A stretch of 64,000 bases of DNA from Podarcis liolepis (taxonomy: Eukaryota), in assembly GCA_965112155.1 (NCBI GenBank), contig OZ218101.1. One strand, written 5' to 3'. Every line of letters begins with the position of its first letter. Within the stretch, counting starts at the first letter, position 1. A program made the position numbers and the translations under genes. The notes beneath the pieces are model-generated. The model had not been told where the DNA came from. It worked only from the letters and a program-made list of their open reading frames with translations, and did not search any database. Positions 1-12,093 of this stretch are shown one piece after another.

Positions 1-314
1 GAGAGCTCAACCATGAGCCCTAATTCAGTCCACACGCTACATTAAGCTATGGCTTAGCTCACAATAGCGAGGCAGCAAATTGATAAGGGAGGAGCGAAGT
101 TTCTCGGACCTCTTTCCTGGGAACGCACGCATTCACACTAAGCCATAATTTGGCTTAGAGCAACATGCAAACCAGGTCTTTGGGACAGTGCAAGGGATGC
201 CATGAAGAGCTGCAATGGGAAAGCATAACTGGCAAATGCTGTTGACATTTGCCACCTTACATGGGCAGAAGTGCCTCCCGCTCGCACAACGACATACTTA
301 GAGCCAAGCCAATA

Positions 315-556
315 CAGTCGTACCTTGGTTGTCGAAAACCTTGGCACTCGTCCATTTTGGCTCCCAAACGCCGCAAACCCAGAAATGAGTGTTCTGGTTT
401 GTGAACGTTCTTTGGAAGCCGAACGTCCAACGCGGCTTCCAATTGAGTGCAGGAAGCTCCTGCAGCCAATTGGAGGCCACGCCTTGGTTTCTGAATATTT
501 CCGGAATTCGAACAGACTTCCAGAATGGATTTCATTCAACAACCAAGGTACGACTG
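315..556. mobile_element. Tigger/pogo-like MITE
   Basis: TIR CAGTCGTACCTTGGTTG / CAACCAAGGTACGACTG with TA TSD. Confidence 0.85.
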
Positions 557-700
557 TACTTCCTGTTCATCAGAATTTGCTAAGCATTCCAACAGTTCAA
601 TATTAATCTTGCAGGCAACACTACAATTCTACAAACAACGAAGTCCGTAATTCTGTGCAACCCATCCAACAAACTTTTTCTTTTAAAGAATACACATTAC

Positions 701-826
701 CTTTCACAACTCCCACGCTCCTGTGGGTAACAGAGCCCCACTTGTACTTGGGTGTAGTCACGGAAGTTTTCACTCGCACTTTGTCGCCAATCTTTATGTG
801 TGATGGAGAGCTCTGTGGTGGGAATC
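701..826 (-). CDS. HERC2: HERC2 exon 50
   Basis: FPPQSSPSHIKIGDKVRVKTSVTTPKYKWGSVTHRSVGVVK; AG/GT flanks. Confidence 0.95.
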
Positions 827-925
827 CTATTTAAAAAATGCAAAAGCAATGAAATTAATGTATTTGGATTTTGAGCGTGTAAAAGACAGCATCAGAATAA
901 TGAATGAATGAAGTAACTGACTTGC

Positions 926-1094
926 CTATAAGTTCAACGTGGATATATCTGACCCAGTAAGTGCCACCTTTCTGTTGCCAATCGCATTGCACATTGAGAT
1001 CATGCAGTCCATCGCGGTCCAATTTGATAACTTTGCCCACGTCGCCCTCACAAACCTCCTCATATGTCCTGCAGCATCTAACCATCATTCCCAC
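926..1094 (-). CDS. HERC2: HERC2 exon 49 (CPH domain); GC donor
   Basis: VGMMVRCCRTYEEVCEGDVGKVIKLDRDGLHDLNVQCDWQQKGGTYWVRYIHVELI; donor AG|GCAAGT. Confidence 0.93.
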
Positions 1095-1258
1095 CTAGGA
1101 GGAGGAAAAAATGGATCAATATTTACCAACTGAAGCTTCAACAGAAATGCAGTATCAAAGTAACTACCCTGAACAAGACAGACTACCCTGTGATTTAGGA
1201 GAATTTGCTATCACTGGCCCAGTTAACGGCTTGCCGTGAATACGCAAAAAGTGAAGTT

Positions 1259-1378
1259 ACAGGGAACCAGGCAGAGGGCCTTCTCAGTAGTAGCACCTGC
1301 CCTGTGGAACATCCTCTCATCAGATGTCAAACAGATAAACAGCCACAAAACCTTCTAAAGACATCTGAAGGCTGTCTG
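1259..1378 (+). mobile_element. L2-type LINE 3' fragment
   Basis: GGGAACCAGGCAGAGGGCCTTCTC...GACATCTGAAGGC; homologous to the reverse copy at about 55830-55965. Confidence 0.6.
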
Positions 1379-1410
1379 TAATTTTGCCTTCTGTACTCCT
1401 CCCTGCTATC

Positions 1411-1760
1411 GGGACGTGGGTGACGCTGTGGGTTAAACCACAGAGCCTAGGAGTTGCTGATCAGAAGGCTAGCAGTTCGAATCCCCGCAACGGGGTGAGC
1501 TCCCTTTGCTCGGTCCTTGCTCCTGCCAACCTAGCAGTTCGAAAGCACGTCAAAGTACAAGTAGATAAATAGGTACCGCTCCGGCGGAAAGGCAAATGGC
1601 ATTTCCGTGCACTGCTCTGGTTTGCCAGAAGCGGCTTAGTCATGCTGGCCATATGACCCGGAAGCTGTACGTCGGCTCCCTCGGCCTATAGAGCGAGATG
1701 AGCGCCGGAACCCTAGAGTTGGTCAAAACTGGACCTAATGGTCAGGGGTCCCTTTACCTT
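1411..1760 (+). mobile_element. Sauria SINE, full length
   Basis: GGGACGTGGGTGACGCTGTGGGTTAAACCAC head, ...GGGGTCCCTTTACCTT tail; 15-bp TSD TACTCCTCCCTGCTA. Confidence 0.88.
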
Positions 1761-2698
1761 TACTCCTCCCTGCTAGTGCATTGGGGGGAGAGCACATGAT
1801 TCCTAGCTTATACAAGCAAACTGGGGGCATGGTTTGCTTCTATTATTTTGAACCAGGCCTGCACAAGTAAAATGCAATGATCCATACAAAAAAAAAAAAA
1901 AACTGGAGAAGAAATAGGGGGCGGTCATGTATTGAATCATAGTTCACACGTACAACAATGCATCCAATGTCTCCAAGTCAGACATGCCCTCTCTGCACAA
2001 GCAAAAGCCTTCGGAGCATTGTGTGAATCATCCCAATGTGGCTTCAGTGTATAAACCACACCACATGCTGGAGGGCAAAAAGGAAGACTCCAGATCTGAG
2101 TTTGGGTTGAAGATTTAATCCAAATTCCAAAGGTGGAGAGCCAAATGGGATCAGTTCAGGCCTATACTTGGTGCCTAGCGAGAGCACCTCACACAATACT
2201 ATAATGACCGTAAGCTAATGGCTTTCTAATCCAATGAAAATGTTAGGAACACGGGAAGCTTATTCAGAGTCAGAGGCCGCTGGTCTTACTACTTTTTATA
2301 CTGATTGGTAGTGGCGCTCAGGATTACAGGCATGAGTCTTTTCCAGCTCTGCCAGGAGATGTCCGTGATTGAAACGGGAACCTTTTGCATGTAAAACAGA
2401 CGCTGTACAAGTCGGTTACATCCCTGAAAACACACTGTGGAAGGAGGAAGTAGCCCCTTGACATTACCATGAAACAAAGAACATCAATGCCTTCTATGAA
2501 TAGAGCAAAGCAACAACAGATTGCAGCAGCTGGGAGATTAAATAAAGCAGCTTTTTGCAGTTATCAAAGCAATTTGCAGCTTCCGTGTTTATCTCCTCCT
2601 CCCACGTGCATCCACGTCAGCATTTCAGCTGCATCAATATCATCCTTCTCAAATAGAGAACATTACAGTTCAAATGCAGGCTTCATATTCAAGCTTAC

Positions 2699-2797
2699 CT
2701 GAATGTTCTCTCGCACATACACAGCATAATCATCATTACTTAAGAAATCAGCTCGTTTCTTGTAAGTCTGGCTTTCTGTTACAACGGCACCAGTAGA
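2699..2797 (-). CDS. HERC2: HERC2 exon 48 (CPH domain start)
   Basis: STGAVVTESQTYKKRADFLSNDDYAVYVRENIQ. Confidence 0.95.
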
Positions 2798-2995
2798 CTG
2801 CAATAAAATAAAATAAAAAATCCATAACTCCGACGCACGTTATAAATGCTAAGTGCTCTGCAATGTAGACTCCCCAAATGATTGCAAAGAATGTTCATTT
2901 TGGTTTCCTGGCCCAAAGTTGTGACTGACGTATCAGGAACACCGGCCTCTCTACACGTTGTTTCAGAATCCTAAGATCCCATTCCTAACGCTTAC

Positions 2996-3138
2996 CACAG
3001 GATATGCAGCTTCTGCTTCTTCCACATCCTCTACCACTTCTTCATCTGAATACTCATCAGATACAGTGTCACCATCTGAGAGGTCAGTAATTTGGACATC
3101 TGGGTGGTCCAAAAGCCAGCCCACCAAGGCTTCTACTC
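2996..3138 (-). CDS. HERC2: HERC2 exon 47
   Basis: VEALVGWLLDHPDVQITDLSDGDTVSDEYSDEEVVEDVEEAEAAYPV. Confidence 0.95.
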
Positions 3139-3728
3139 CTACAGCAAGACGTAAGAAATACAGACATCATTATTAATTATTATTATTATTATTATCATTA
3201 TAACAGTATTATTCACTTGACCTGAAGTTCAAGAAAAAATAACTTTTCTCCTTGTGCTTCACTGACCCTACAGTCAACTTTGGCTGCACCAAATTATTCC
3301 CCCAGATTTAAAAAACAAAATATTCAATTCTTGTTTTTCAGGCGATTTTTCACAACCTCTCTTCAATTTCATCTCTTAAAACCATTTGGCAATCATTCAA
3401 AAACACAAATGTGGGGAAAGTGTAGCCCTGTGCATTTTCTGTGATATCCTCCTATCCCTTTTCAGTTGTTTAACCCTTATAGTTCAGTTTCTCAGGTATG
3501 TTCAGGTATTTCTCAGGGGTCATTTGTTTTTCTTTCCTTCCTTCTGGCTACCTGCAATTTAGTCCTTTTTGCTGCCTTTTCTTTTTCCCTTTCTCACATT
3601 CTATTTTCCTTCATATTACCCTATTTCCACAATATCTCATTCGCTGAATGTCAAAGCACTTTCCAGCTTCTCAAAATCTTAATGCAACGTGTTCTTCCTT
3701 GAACCTCAAACAAACAAAAGCAAAGTAC

Positions 3729-3996
3729 CTGGTAACCCAGAAGCACTTCCAGAGGTCCCCGAAAGTGATTTCAGTGCAAACTCAATATTCTTCCTGGGGA
3801 AACCCATTTCCATAAGCTGCACCACAATTGGAAGCGGTGGAATAGGGGACACTTTGCGTTTTTTCACTTTTGCAGGTCTGATGTGCTGGACAGTAACAGG
3901 CGTTGTGGCTTCACTAGAGCTGCAGTCTTCAAAGACTGGAGTTGAGGGATGTGCAGACTCGACTGCCAGGTACTGACACACAGCCAGTGCAGCAGC
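3729..3996 (-). CDS. HERC2: HERC2 exon 46 (UBA-like region)
   Basis: AAALAVCQYLAVESAHPS...IVVQLMEMGFPRKNIEFALKSLSGTSGSASGLP. Confidence 0.95.
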
Positions 3997-4049
3997 CTAT
4001 AAGAAGATATACGTAAATATTTTTGCAACTGTAATACATTTACAAAGTC

Positions 4050-4799
4050 CAGTTCGTATCTTGGATCCCGAACGCCTTGCGAGTCGAACATTTTGGCTCC
4101 CAAACGCCGCAAACCCAGAAGTGAGTGTTTCGGTTTGTGAACGTTCTTTGAATGAATGAATTTTATTATTACACTCACAGACCAGTTCCGGGTGACTTAC
4201 AATAACAGGAAAATTATAAAACACAACAGGAATACATTGAATTGTAATTGGGTATAACAGAGACAATTCAGATACAGGTTACAGATGCTTCAGGTTAGAG
4301 AATCCGCTAACAGAGAAATAGTACCTCAGGTTAAGAACTTTGCTTCAGGATGAGAACCAAAATCACGCAGCAGTGGCGCGGCAGCAGCGGTAGGCCCCAT
4401 TAGCTAAAGTGGTGCTTCAGGTTAAGAACAGTTGCAGGTTAAGAACGGACCTCCAGAACAAATTAAGTTCTTAACCCGAAGTACCACTGTATAGCGGCAG
4501 TTAAAAATATATATTAAATCTTGATCACTAAAATATAACCTAAAATTATCACTTAAAACCTTAATCATTTTGGTAGTACAGCTTGTTCCCTAAGTTTTAT
4601 GGCAGTCGCTCAGAATTTGGCTACCCTTAGTGTAATCTCTAGATTGTTCTCTACCAGGAGTTTTAGACATTCTTTGGAACCCGAACGTCCAACGCGGCTT
4701 CCGGAGCTTCCAATCAGGAGCTGCACCTTGGTTTCTGAACATTTTGAAAGTCGAACGGACTTCCGGAACAGATTCCGTTCAACTTCCGAGGTACCACTG
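4050..4799. mobile_element. Tigger-like MITE split by a LINE 3' fragment (4151-4669) that itself contains a second Tigger-like MITE (about 4275-4489)
   Basis: Halves 4050-4150 and 4670-4799 are colinear with the intact copy at 315-556; TTCTTTG is duplicated at both junctions; inner element ends ...CCCGAAGTACCACTG-TA. Confidence 0.75.
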
Positions 4800-5102
4800 C
4801 ACAACATTAATAGGATTTATTTATGCCAGGTCTTGTGGAACATTCAAACTAACAAAGCACCAGGAGATCTAGGGCTTGACCCAAGAACCTTGTAGTCTGA
4901 GGCTGTGACCAGCATTGGACGCTGTGATTAGAGGCAGTAGGCAGTCTCTGAGATAAACATGATCAGGAAGGAAAAGCCTATTATACTACAAGCCACTGCT
5001 TTAAACTATGAATTGCCTTGGCAGAAAGTTTTTATTCTATTATTGCCTATCTAAATAAAACAGTAACTGTTTCTCCTTAATGGGAAAAACCTAAGATCTT
5101 AC

Positions 5103-5245
5103 CTCAAGTTCTTGCTTATCAAAAATCGCCTTCACAGGTGATGGCTGTGTTGCTGCCGTCAGCAGTTGTTGCAAGAGGATCATGGGTGGCTGAGGTCCCT
5201 CAGGAGACAAGTCTCCAACATCAGGTGACGCCACTACGCCATCAT
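5103..5245 (-). CDS. HERC2: HERC2 exon 45
   Basis: DGVVASPDVGDLSPEGPQPPMILLQQLLTAATQPSPVKAIFDKQELE. Confidence 0.95.
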
Positions 5246-6163
5246 CTTAAGCCAAGCAAAGTGGATTTAAGTTTCAGAAACAACCAGAAACTGAAATACA
5301 CTTCCAATAACAGATTACTTTTCAATGGTGTCTCACTTCAAATGCAAACACCTCTTCTTTTTAAAAAAAGGAACATGTACATCACATTCTCTGTTCCAAA
5401 AAAATGAAGCTTTGAATTCTGAGAAGATGCTTTGTATTTAAATGTCTACCTCCAGAACTACCATTATCTCTTTTTATTATGTCGTTACATAAAAATGTTA
5501 AAACTGAAATGGAAAAAGGGCTTCAACTCGCTTATAACATCTACTTAAGAGTGACTGAAATTGCTAAGCACAGCGAAAGCTTGGGGAAGATTTCAAATAA
5601 CCACTGATGAGTTTATAACGTCTGAGATTTTATTCAATTATTTTTTAAAAAAATAATAATCTAGGGCAATTAACAGGCAATGAGACAATCATCACTAACA
5701 TTGGGTAAGTATCGGATTTCTTGAAGACGTATTAATTTCCTAGTTTCAGTGGAACAGGGTAACTCATTGCTGGATACTCTCCACATAAAACACAAGAATA
5801 TCAGTTCCCTAGAAGTAAAATGGGCCCTGCATTGGTCTCTTTATTGCTCTATCCTTTCAGGGTATCTGCTTTCAGATGCAATTATTAAACCATATGAAAA
5901 TACATAGAGAACATTACTGTTGGGAAGAAATTGCTTGTTACAGACAGAAAATATTTCTCCTTTCACCTTTTTGACTTTCAACATTAAAAAAAAAACCCAT
6001 GTATGTCCTGCCAGAAAGGAACTCACAGTAAGTCAAGACAATCATGCACAAAAACAAAACACAGATAAGAACCGGTCCTTTCCTCTGTTCGTCTACTTAC
6101 TTCAACAGTAGAAAAAAGTAAGAGAATCTTTATCAACCTTGTAATCAAGCAGAATATTATTAC

Positions 6164-6307
6164 CTGTGGGAAGTGAGCCACCATCTTGCACTGCAGGCTG
6201 AGATAGGATTTGTCTTAATTTATCCTGGTGAGAAAGCAGAGCTCGACCTGCTTTTAGTATGTACAGTTTTAACTGCTGGCATCTGAGCAGATCCAAGTCT
6301 ATTTGGC
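6164..6307 (-). CDS. HERC2: HERC2 exon 44
   Basis: QIDLDLLRCQQLKLYILKAGRALLSHQDKLRQILSQPAVQDGGSLPT. Confidence 0.95.
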
Positions 6308-7228
6308 CTGTCCAAAACATATGATAGGCATTTCTTAGCAAAATAAATAGGAAGAATTGATCTACAAATATCTATTTTGGAAAGTGGTTTGTCTGTCTGT
6401 CTGCTCTTGAGATAACATCACCAAACTCTGCACAAGGGTTCTCGATGTGGGGGAAGCAGACTTCATTGGTGTTTGGACACCGGGCAGCATTTTGAATCAA
6501 AGATGGTGGACTGAAACATGGCTTTGCCTATTTGGGGGCATAGTTTCTGCCAGCTCTCAATATATCATTCCCAAGGTGCGGGCAGCAGTCTTGGTTGGCA
6601 TTTGGATGCTGGCCACCATTTTGAATCAAGATGGTAGACCGAAACATGGCTTTGGCATGGCTTCACTCTCTCTCACACACCCACACCCAATTGACTTGGG
6701 ACCAAGTCAAGTGTTCCCCAGGTCAGGTTGGACCACTGGGTTGGAGTGTACAGCCCTAAAACTCACAAATTACACTGTTCATTTAAAGACCACAGTGCTT
6801 TTTTGTTTCTTCCCATTCCTACTGGAATGCTTATTAGTAGAAATTCTTTATGTTTTAATACACAGTTAAAATAAAGCTTGAAGTTATGAAGAAACAGAAA
6901 AAATAAATACTGAACTGTATTTTTATCATATCCAAGAGGCACTACTGCTTTAGTCCCAGTGTTAGTTTTATATATTCATCATTAATGCCGCTCACTTCTT
7001 CCATGCATTCTTATCCTTCAGCATACAAACTTATGGCTCTACTGACTGAAAACAGATGTTTTCAAGTCTCCAAGTGGTGCACAATAAAGGTACAATGGGG
7101 ATAAAATTAAACATAAAAAACCTACCAATTAAGAAACATTCTTCAAATCAACACACTTTGACATCATCTGTTTAAGAGTAGCGTCCTTTTAGAGTGAGCA
7201 CAGTATTTATAAATCAAGAAAAACATAC

Positions 7229-7364
7229 CCGAAACACCCTGATTTGGAGTCTTTATTCTGTGTTTTTCAACTTTACTTCCAGCCAAGTTCACCAGCTGAG
7301 CCCAGACAGACAGCATTGGTTCAGTGAATGGCAAATTATTGACATTAAAAGGAATGACCGGGAG
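7229..7364 (-). CDS. HERC2: HERC2 exon 43
   Basis: LPVIPFNVNNLPFTEPMLSVWAQLVNLAGSKVEKHRIKTPNQGVS. Confidence 0.93.
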
Positions 7365-7824
7365 CTATAGACAAACAGACATTTTAAATATATATTTTAG
7401 TATAAATTCCTTGTAAGTTGTGTTCCATTTCTTTGCTTCCAACCTGAGAGAATTCCCTCCCTTCTCCGAATGCTTGTAAAAGGCAGAAGCGCTCCTAGAC
7501 CAATGCAGAAGGGGCTGTCAAAATTTCCTTTCCCAGGGTGAAACAACAGTGAGGTAAAGCAAACAGAAAAGTTCTACCCAAAAGATGTGGAACTGAAGGT
7601 GACTTGTACAAGAGCTGCTGAAATATTGGTAACATATTACCTTATCTGAGCAGTGGTGCATGGCACTTGAAAGAAAAATATCAGCTTTTTTGGGATGCTC
7701 AAATTGCTGCTCGTCAGCCAGGAGAATATCAGAATATTTCCCAAAACAAACAAACCAACAGTCCACGTATAATGCATCGCACTCAGCTTACACCTTAAGC
7801 AAGGCATCACTTTAATACACTTAC

Positions 7825-8055
7825 TGGTTTTAGCTGACTGAGGGGACAGACTCTACAGGTTCTCATGTCATAAAACTGCACTGTGATTTTTCCTTTCGGG
7901 GTGATTCGTGTCACTGTGCCTTCTCCAAATTCATCATGGATGACTTGGCCACCTAGCCGCAAGCGACTATCTATTCCGCCAATGACGGCCAGGACAGCCA
8001 TCAAGCCTCCCACTTCTGGATTCTCAGCGTCAGGAAAGAAGTCTTCCAAAACAGC
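7825..8055 (-). CDS. HERC2: HERC2 exon 42
   Basis: AVLEDFFPDAENPEVGGLMAVLAVIGGIDSRLRLGGQV...CPLSQLKP. Confidence 0.95.
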
Positions 8056-8292
8056 CTAGGAAAAAAAAGAGAACAGCCACAATGAAAATGAAGCAAGGAC
8101 TTCCCCTTGGAAAATATTCACAGTTCAAGAAAAACAACATGCAATAATATTTGATATTGCAGCCAATTTTACATTTAAGAAGGCAATCACTTCACAAAAA
8201 ATATATCACAGCTTTTAAATAGTTTGACAGAATCCATTAACGATTACTAGATTTTAAACAAAAATGAGTTGATTTTAAGATGCGGGAACTAC

Positions 8293-8489
8293 CCCTTCTG
8301 ACTGTTTTCCTGCAAAGATGTGGGTGATGGAGGTTAGCTGAGAGTTGATGTACTTGTTTATGAGTCCATTCCACTGGCTCAGTGAATGCAATGTCCTCAG
8401 CAGTGCCACTATCTCCTCTGCCAAAGTACTGCTGTGAGTGGCCGTGAGAGAGGCCTGAGGCCTTGCCTTCCTCCTCCTCAGAGTAGACT
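8293..8489 (-). CDS. HERC2: HERC2 exon 41
   Basis: STLRRRKARPQASLTATHSSTLAEEIVALLRTLHSL...FAGKQSEG. Confidence 0.95.
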
Positions 8490-8596
8490 CTGCCAAAAAA
8501 AAAAAGGATAAATTGGAAAAGAGGAAAACTCATAGACAGACATCAATATGGTTAAAAACATAAGAATACAACACTGAAGGCATAATATTCTCCTAC

Positions 8597-8744
8597 CTCT
8601 GAGCAGTGGGATATCTGAAGAACAAGTGGTAAGCAGGCAGCCAAGGAAACCAAACAATTTTTCCACTAGGAATTTCATATCCCTTGACCTTTCGCTTTTA
8701 TCCCAGGAAGGAAGGACTGCTTGTAGTAAGTGCACTGCAAGGAT
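8597..8744 (-). CDS. HERC2: HERC2 exon 40
   Basis: ILAVHLLQAVLPSWDKSERSRDMKFLVEKLFGFLGCLLTTCSSDIPLLR. Confidence 0.95.
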
Positions 8745-9245
8745 CTAAAAGATGAAAGGAGAAAATATACCTATTTTAAAGAAGTCTCTCAAGCTACTAG
8801 GAAAAAAACACTTAATTCTGCAAGTAGGAAGATACTCTTATGCCTCCTTGCACAAAATAACCACCAATGCTCCTCTTTCTAAAAAACATGGAGACATTTA
8901 CTCATGTGTTACAATTCAAAATGATTTTTAATAAAGACTTTAGGTATGTAAGCTGTACTGTTATGTATATAAACTGTAAATAACTGCCTAATGTCAACGG
9001 GGGGGGGGGTTATAATCCCCTGCTAGGGACCCAACTAACCACATTTCCACTTCCTCTTTCGCATCTAGGCAAAATGCAGCAACGAAACCGTTCTGCGTCT
9101 TCTTCCTGCTTCATCGCTTTCAAGAGAAAGGTGCCTGATCTTGAATCGAGCCACAAATAAGAAATGTGGCTTTCAAACTCTATTATGACTCAGCTGTGGC
9201 GGGTTAAAAACCCCACTGGATACCTCCAGCAGTGAAAGGCATTAC

Positions 9246-9430
9246 CTGTCGTTGTAGAGATGCAGCAGTGAACGATTCATGTCCCTCGACGATTTTCATT
9301 AGAAGAGTTATCCATTGCGACGTACTCAGAGTGCTGCACATCTGAGGCATGAGGGCTATACTTCGGATGAATCCCAGTGAACACCAGCTCCTGTGCTGTT
9401 CTTTATAAACCAATGTATTTGGTACAGAAG
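9246..9430 (-). CDS. HERC2: HERC2 exon 39
   Basis: SVPNTLVYKEQHRSWCSLGFIRSIALMPQ...FTAASLQRQ. Confidence 0.93.
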
Positions 9431-9906
9431 CTGGAATTTATTTAAAAAAAAGAAACACTCTTAAGTGCTCTTAGTTGCCTAAAAGTACTACATTTGTGCA
9501 TTTAGACCTGAATTATTTGCCTCAAAGCACCCAAAGTTAAACCGGCTTTTTAGAATAAACAGTTTTCATGTTGCAGAATAGAATGATAGCTCGTTTTATT
9601 TATCAGCGTCAGAAAGCATGTGCAATATCATGTACTTTTGCCTGTTTTAGTTGAACACAACAGGATAACTATGAAAACCTAAGGAAAACAACAAAACACA
9701 GGAGAATGCAAAGCACCTAAAATCGCTCTGCAACAAAGGCCTGTTTGCTCTGTTAAAAAATGGTGAAGCTCTTTTAAATATACTTTTTTTAAATGCACTG
9801 CTGCAGATATGGAATGAGGCAAATCATTCTAACTTGAGGAGCCACTGATATGAGGATGAAGGACTCGGCACACAAAACAAGACTTTGATCTGGTGCAGGT
9901 ATCTAC

Positions 9907-10089
9907 CTGATTTGTCTACGGTCCCGCTCTCAACTAGCATGCGCAGCAGCCCACACAAAGTTCTTGTTGCTTCGTTCTGCATGACTTCAGCATGGACTCC
10001 AGCCGAGAGGCAGAGAGTCTGCAGCAGATTCACTGTGCTTGTCAGCATCATGGAAGTAGGGTGGAGATTTCTTTCAACTTGTTCTCCTT
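9907..10089 (-). CDS. HERC2: HERC2 exon 38
   Basis: GEQVERNLHPTSMMLTSTVNLLQTLCLSAGVHAEVMQ...ESGTVDKS. Confidence 0.93.
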
Positions 10090-10199
10090 CTGAAACAAGA
10101 GTCAAAATAAATGACAGAAGACAATGAAATTGATGCGCTCCGTTGCAAGCTCCTTATTTTCACAAGCGAATTAATTCAGGTCTCCTAACGTTGGGTGAC

Positions 10200-10626
10200 T
10201 AGTGATGTGTGGAAGTGAGAGCTGGACCATAAAGAAGGCTGATCACCGAAGAATTGATGCTTTTGAATTATGGTGCTGGAGGAGGCTCTTGAGAGTCCCA
10301 TGGACTGCAAGAAGATCAAACCTCTCCATTCTGAAGGAAATCAGCTCTGAGTGCTCACTGGAAGGACAGATCCTGAAGCTGAGGCTCCAATACTCTGGAC
10401 ACCTCATGAGAAGACTCCCTGGAAAAGACCCTGATGTTGGGAAAGATGGCGGGCACAAGGAGAAGGGGACGACAGAGGACGAGATGGCTGAACAGTGTTC
10501 TCAAAGCTGCCAGCATGAGTTTGACCAAACTGCAGGAGGCAGTGGAAGATAGGAGTGCCTGGCATGCTCTGGTCCATGGGGTCATGAAGAGTTGGACACA
10601 ACTAAACGACTAAACAACAACAACAC
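10200..10626 (+). mobile_element. Bov-B (RTE-clade) LINE 3' fragment
   Basis: GSESWTIKKADHRRIDAFELWCWRRLLRVPWTARRSN...; (CAA)n tail; TSD TGGGTGAC. Confidence 0.92.
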
Positions 10627-11524
10627 TGGGTGACAGCAAGCACTGTGCAAGGTGATTTCAGCTCAGGGATTCCCTTTTCTCTCCCTCCCTCCCAGTATGG
10701 CCCTACCCTATTGCTCCCAAATCTGTTCTAGAGGGTCGTCGTCGTCCCCCAACCCATATTTGGAAGGCGCACACAACAGGCTGAAGATGGAGAAGAGAAT
10801 CCATTCCACTAATTGTGCCTGTTCCACTGGTGGACAGACACCCCTGGATATTGACTTTCACTTTAAACCTACAAGTATTTTAAAAAATGCCAGAATTTCC
10901 TTAACCTTGGACAAACCGGTAAAAAAAAGAGAGAAATTGGAAATATCCAATTTAATGTTGTTTTCCCAGGCAAATTAATCTTCCACAGCTTCAGAATGGC
11001 ACGATGAGGAAAAATCATAACTGGACTAATATTACAGTATTGAGTGGAGGTTTACATTGCGGGGATGACATGCATACATAGAAATGCATATACCCGAACC
11101 GCTACCACACAGCCATCCTTACCTTCCAAGCAAGGCGGAGAGCTTTTAAGAGCTTACTGAGTTCTGGAATGTTCTCTCGCAAGATGTTGCAGGGCTGTCC
11201 ACATTTCTACAAGTTCTCACGAGAGCTTTCCAGAGCTTGGTAAGCCAGCCTAAGTGGTTAAAAGCTCTTTGAGCACCAGGAACACCCAGTGCAAAAGCAG
11301 CTTTTTGAGCTCTCCGCCTTGTGTGCAATTAATCTGCAAGATTTCAACAGAGCTAGGTTGAAATTGCATGGGTTAACTGAATGCTAGTGGTGGTGCTACT
11401 GTATACCAACATGCCACTCAAATACCAGCACTGGAAGTGAAATTCACCCAAAATAAATTAAACCCTACATTCTGTTCCCAGCAGCTGGAGCAATGTTAGA
11501 AAGTTCAGAAAGTTAAAAGGAGGC

Positions 11525-11525
<1 letters not shown>

Positions 11526-11564
<39 letters not shown>
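11526..11564. repeat. (AAT)n microsatellite
   Basis: Visible tandem trinucleotide. Confidence 0.95.
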
Positions 11565-11565
<1 letters not shown>

Positions 11566-11847
11566 TTATTATTTAAACCCTACCCATCTGGCTGGGTTGC
11601 CCCTTCCACTCTTATAATGTCAATATCCAGAATAGCTAGGCTACATCCCTTAGGTCTAATGATTGGAAGAGGAGAATGCATACTCTAGGAATACCTATAA
11701 CTACGGAACCAGCAAGTGTCTGGCTTCTCTAAATTAGTTGGATATCTTTCTTGAAAAACGAGGTGAGAGTAGAACAAGGCCTATTTGTTCAAACCACTTA
11801 CTGCTTGGTAGCTACATTACCACTTGTTCAGCAGAAAAACCCCTTAC

Positions 11848-12040
11848 CAGAATCATCCTCTGTGTCCGAGTCTTCTGTTGTAGGCTGAGAAGCAGGTGGG
11901 GGCTCAGCCAGCTTGAGGTCGTATTTTCCCTCTTTCCCCATCCTGTAAGAATTGGTGCTGCCAGTATCCCACTGAACTCGAATCCAGCCGTCTTCACCCA
12001 ATTCTCCAATCACGCGCCCCAAGCCTGGAGGAGGGCCATC
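11848..12040 (-). CDS. HERC2: HERC2 exon 37 (MIB/HERC2 domain)
   Basis: [44 protein letters not shown]...DTEDDS. Confidence 0.95.
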
Positions 12041-12093
12041 CTGAAGGGAAAAGCAGCAGTAATACAGGAAAGTTTAAAAACATATGGCCAATA

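Noticed and set aside
5604-5625. TGATGA...CTGA as an intronic box C/D snoRNA (similar motif near 59026-59045)
   Set aside because: The boxes are too close together and there is no terminal stem.
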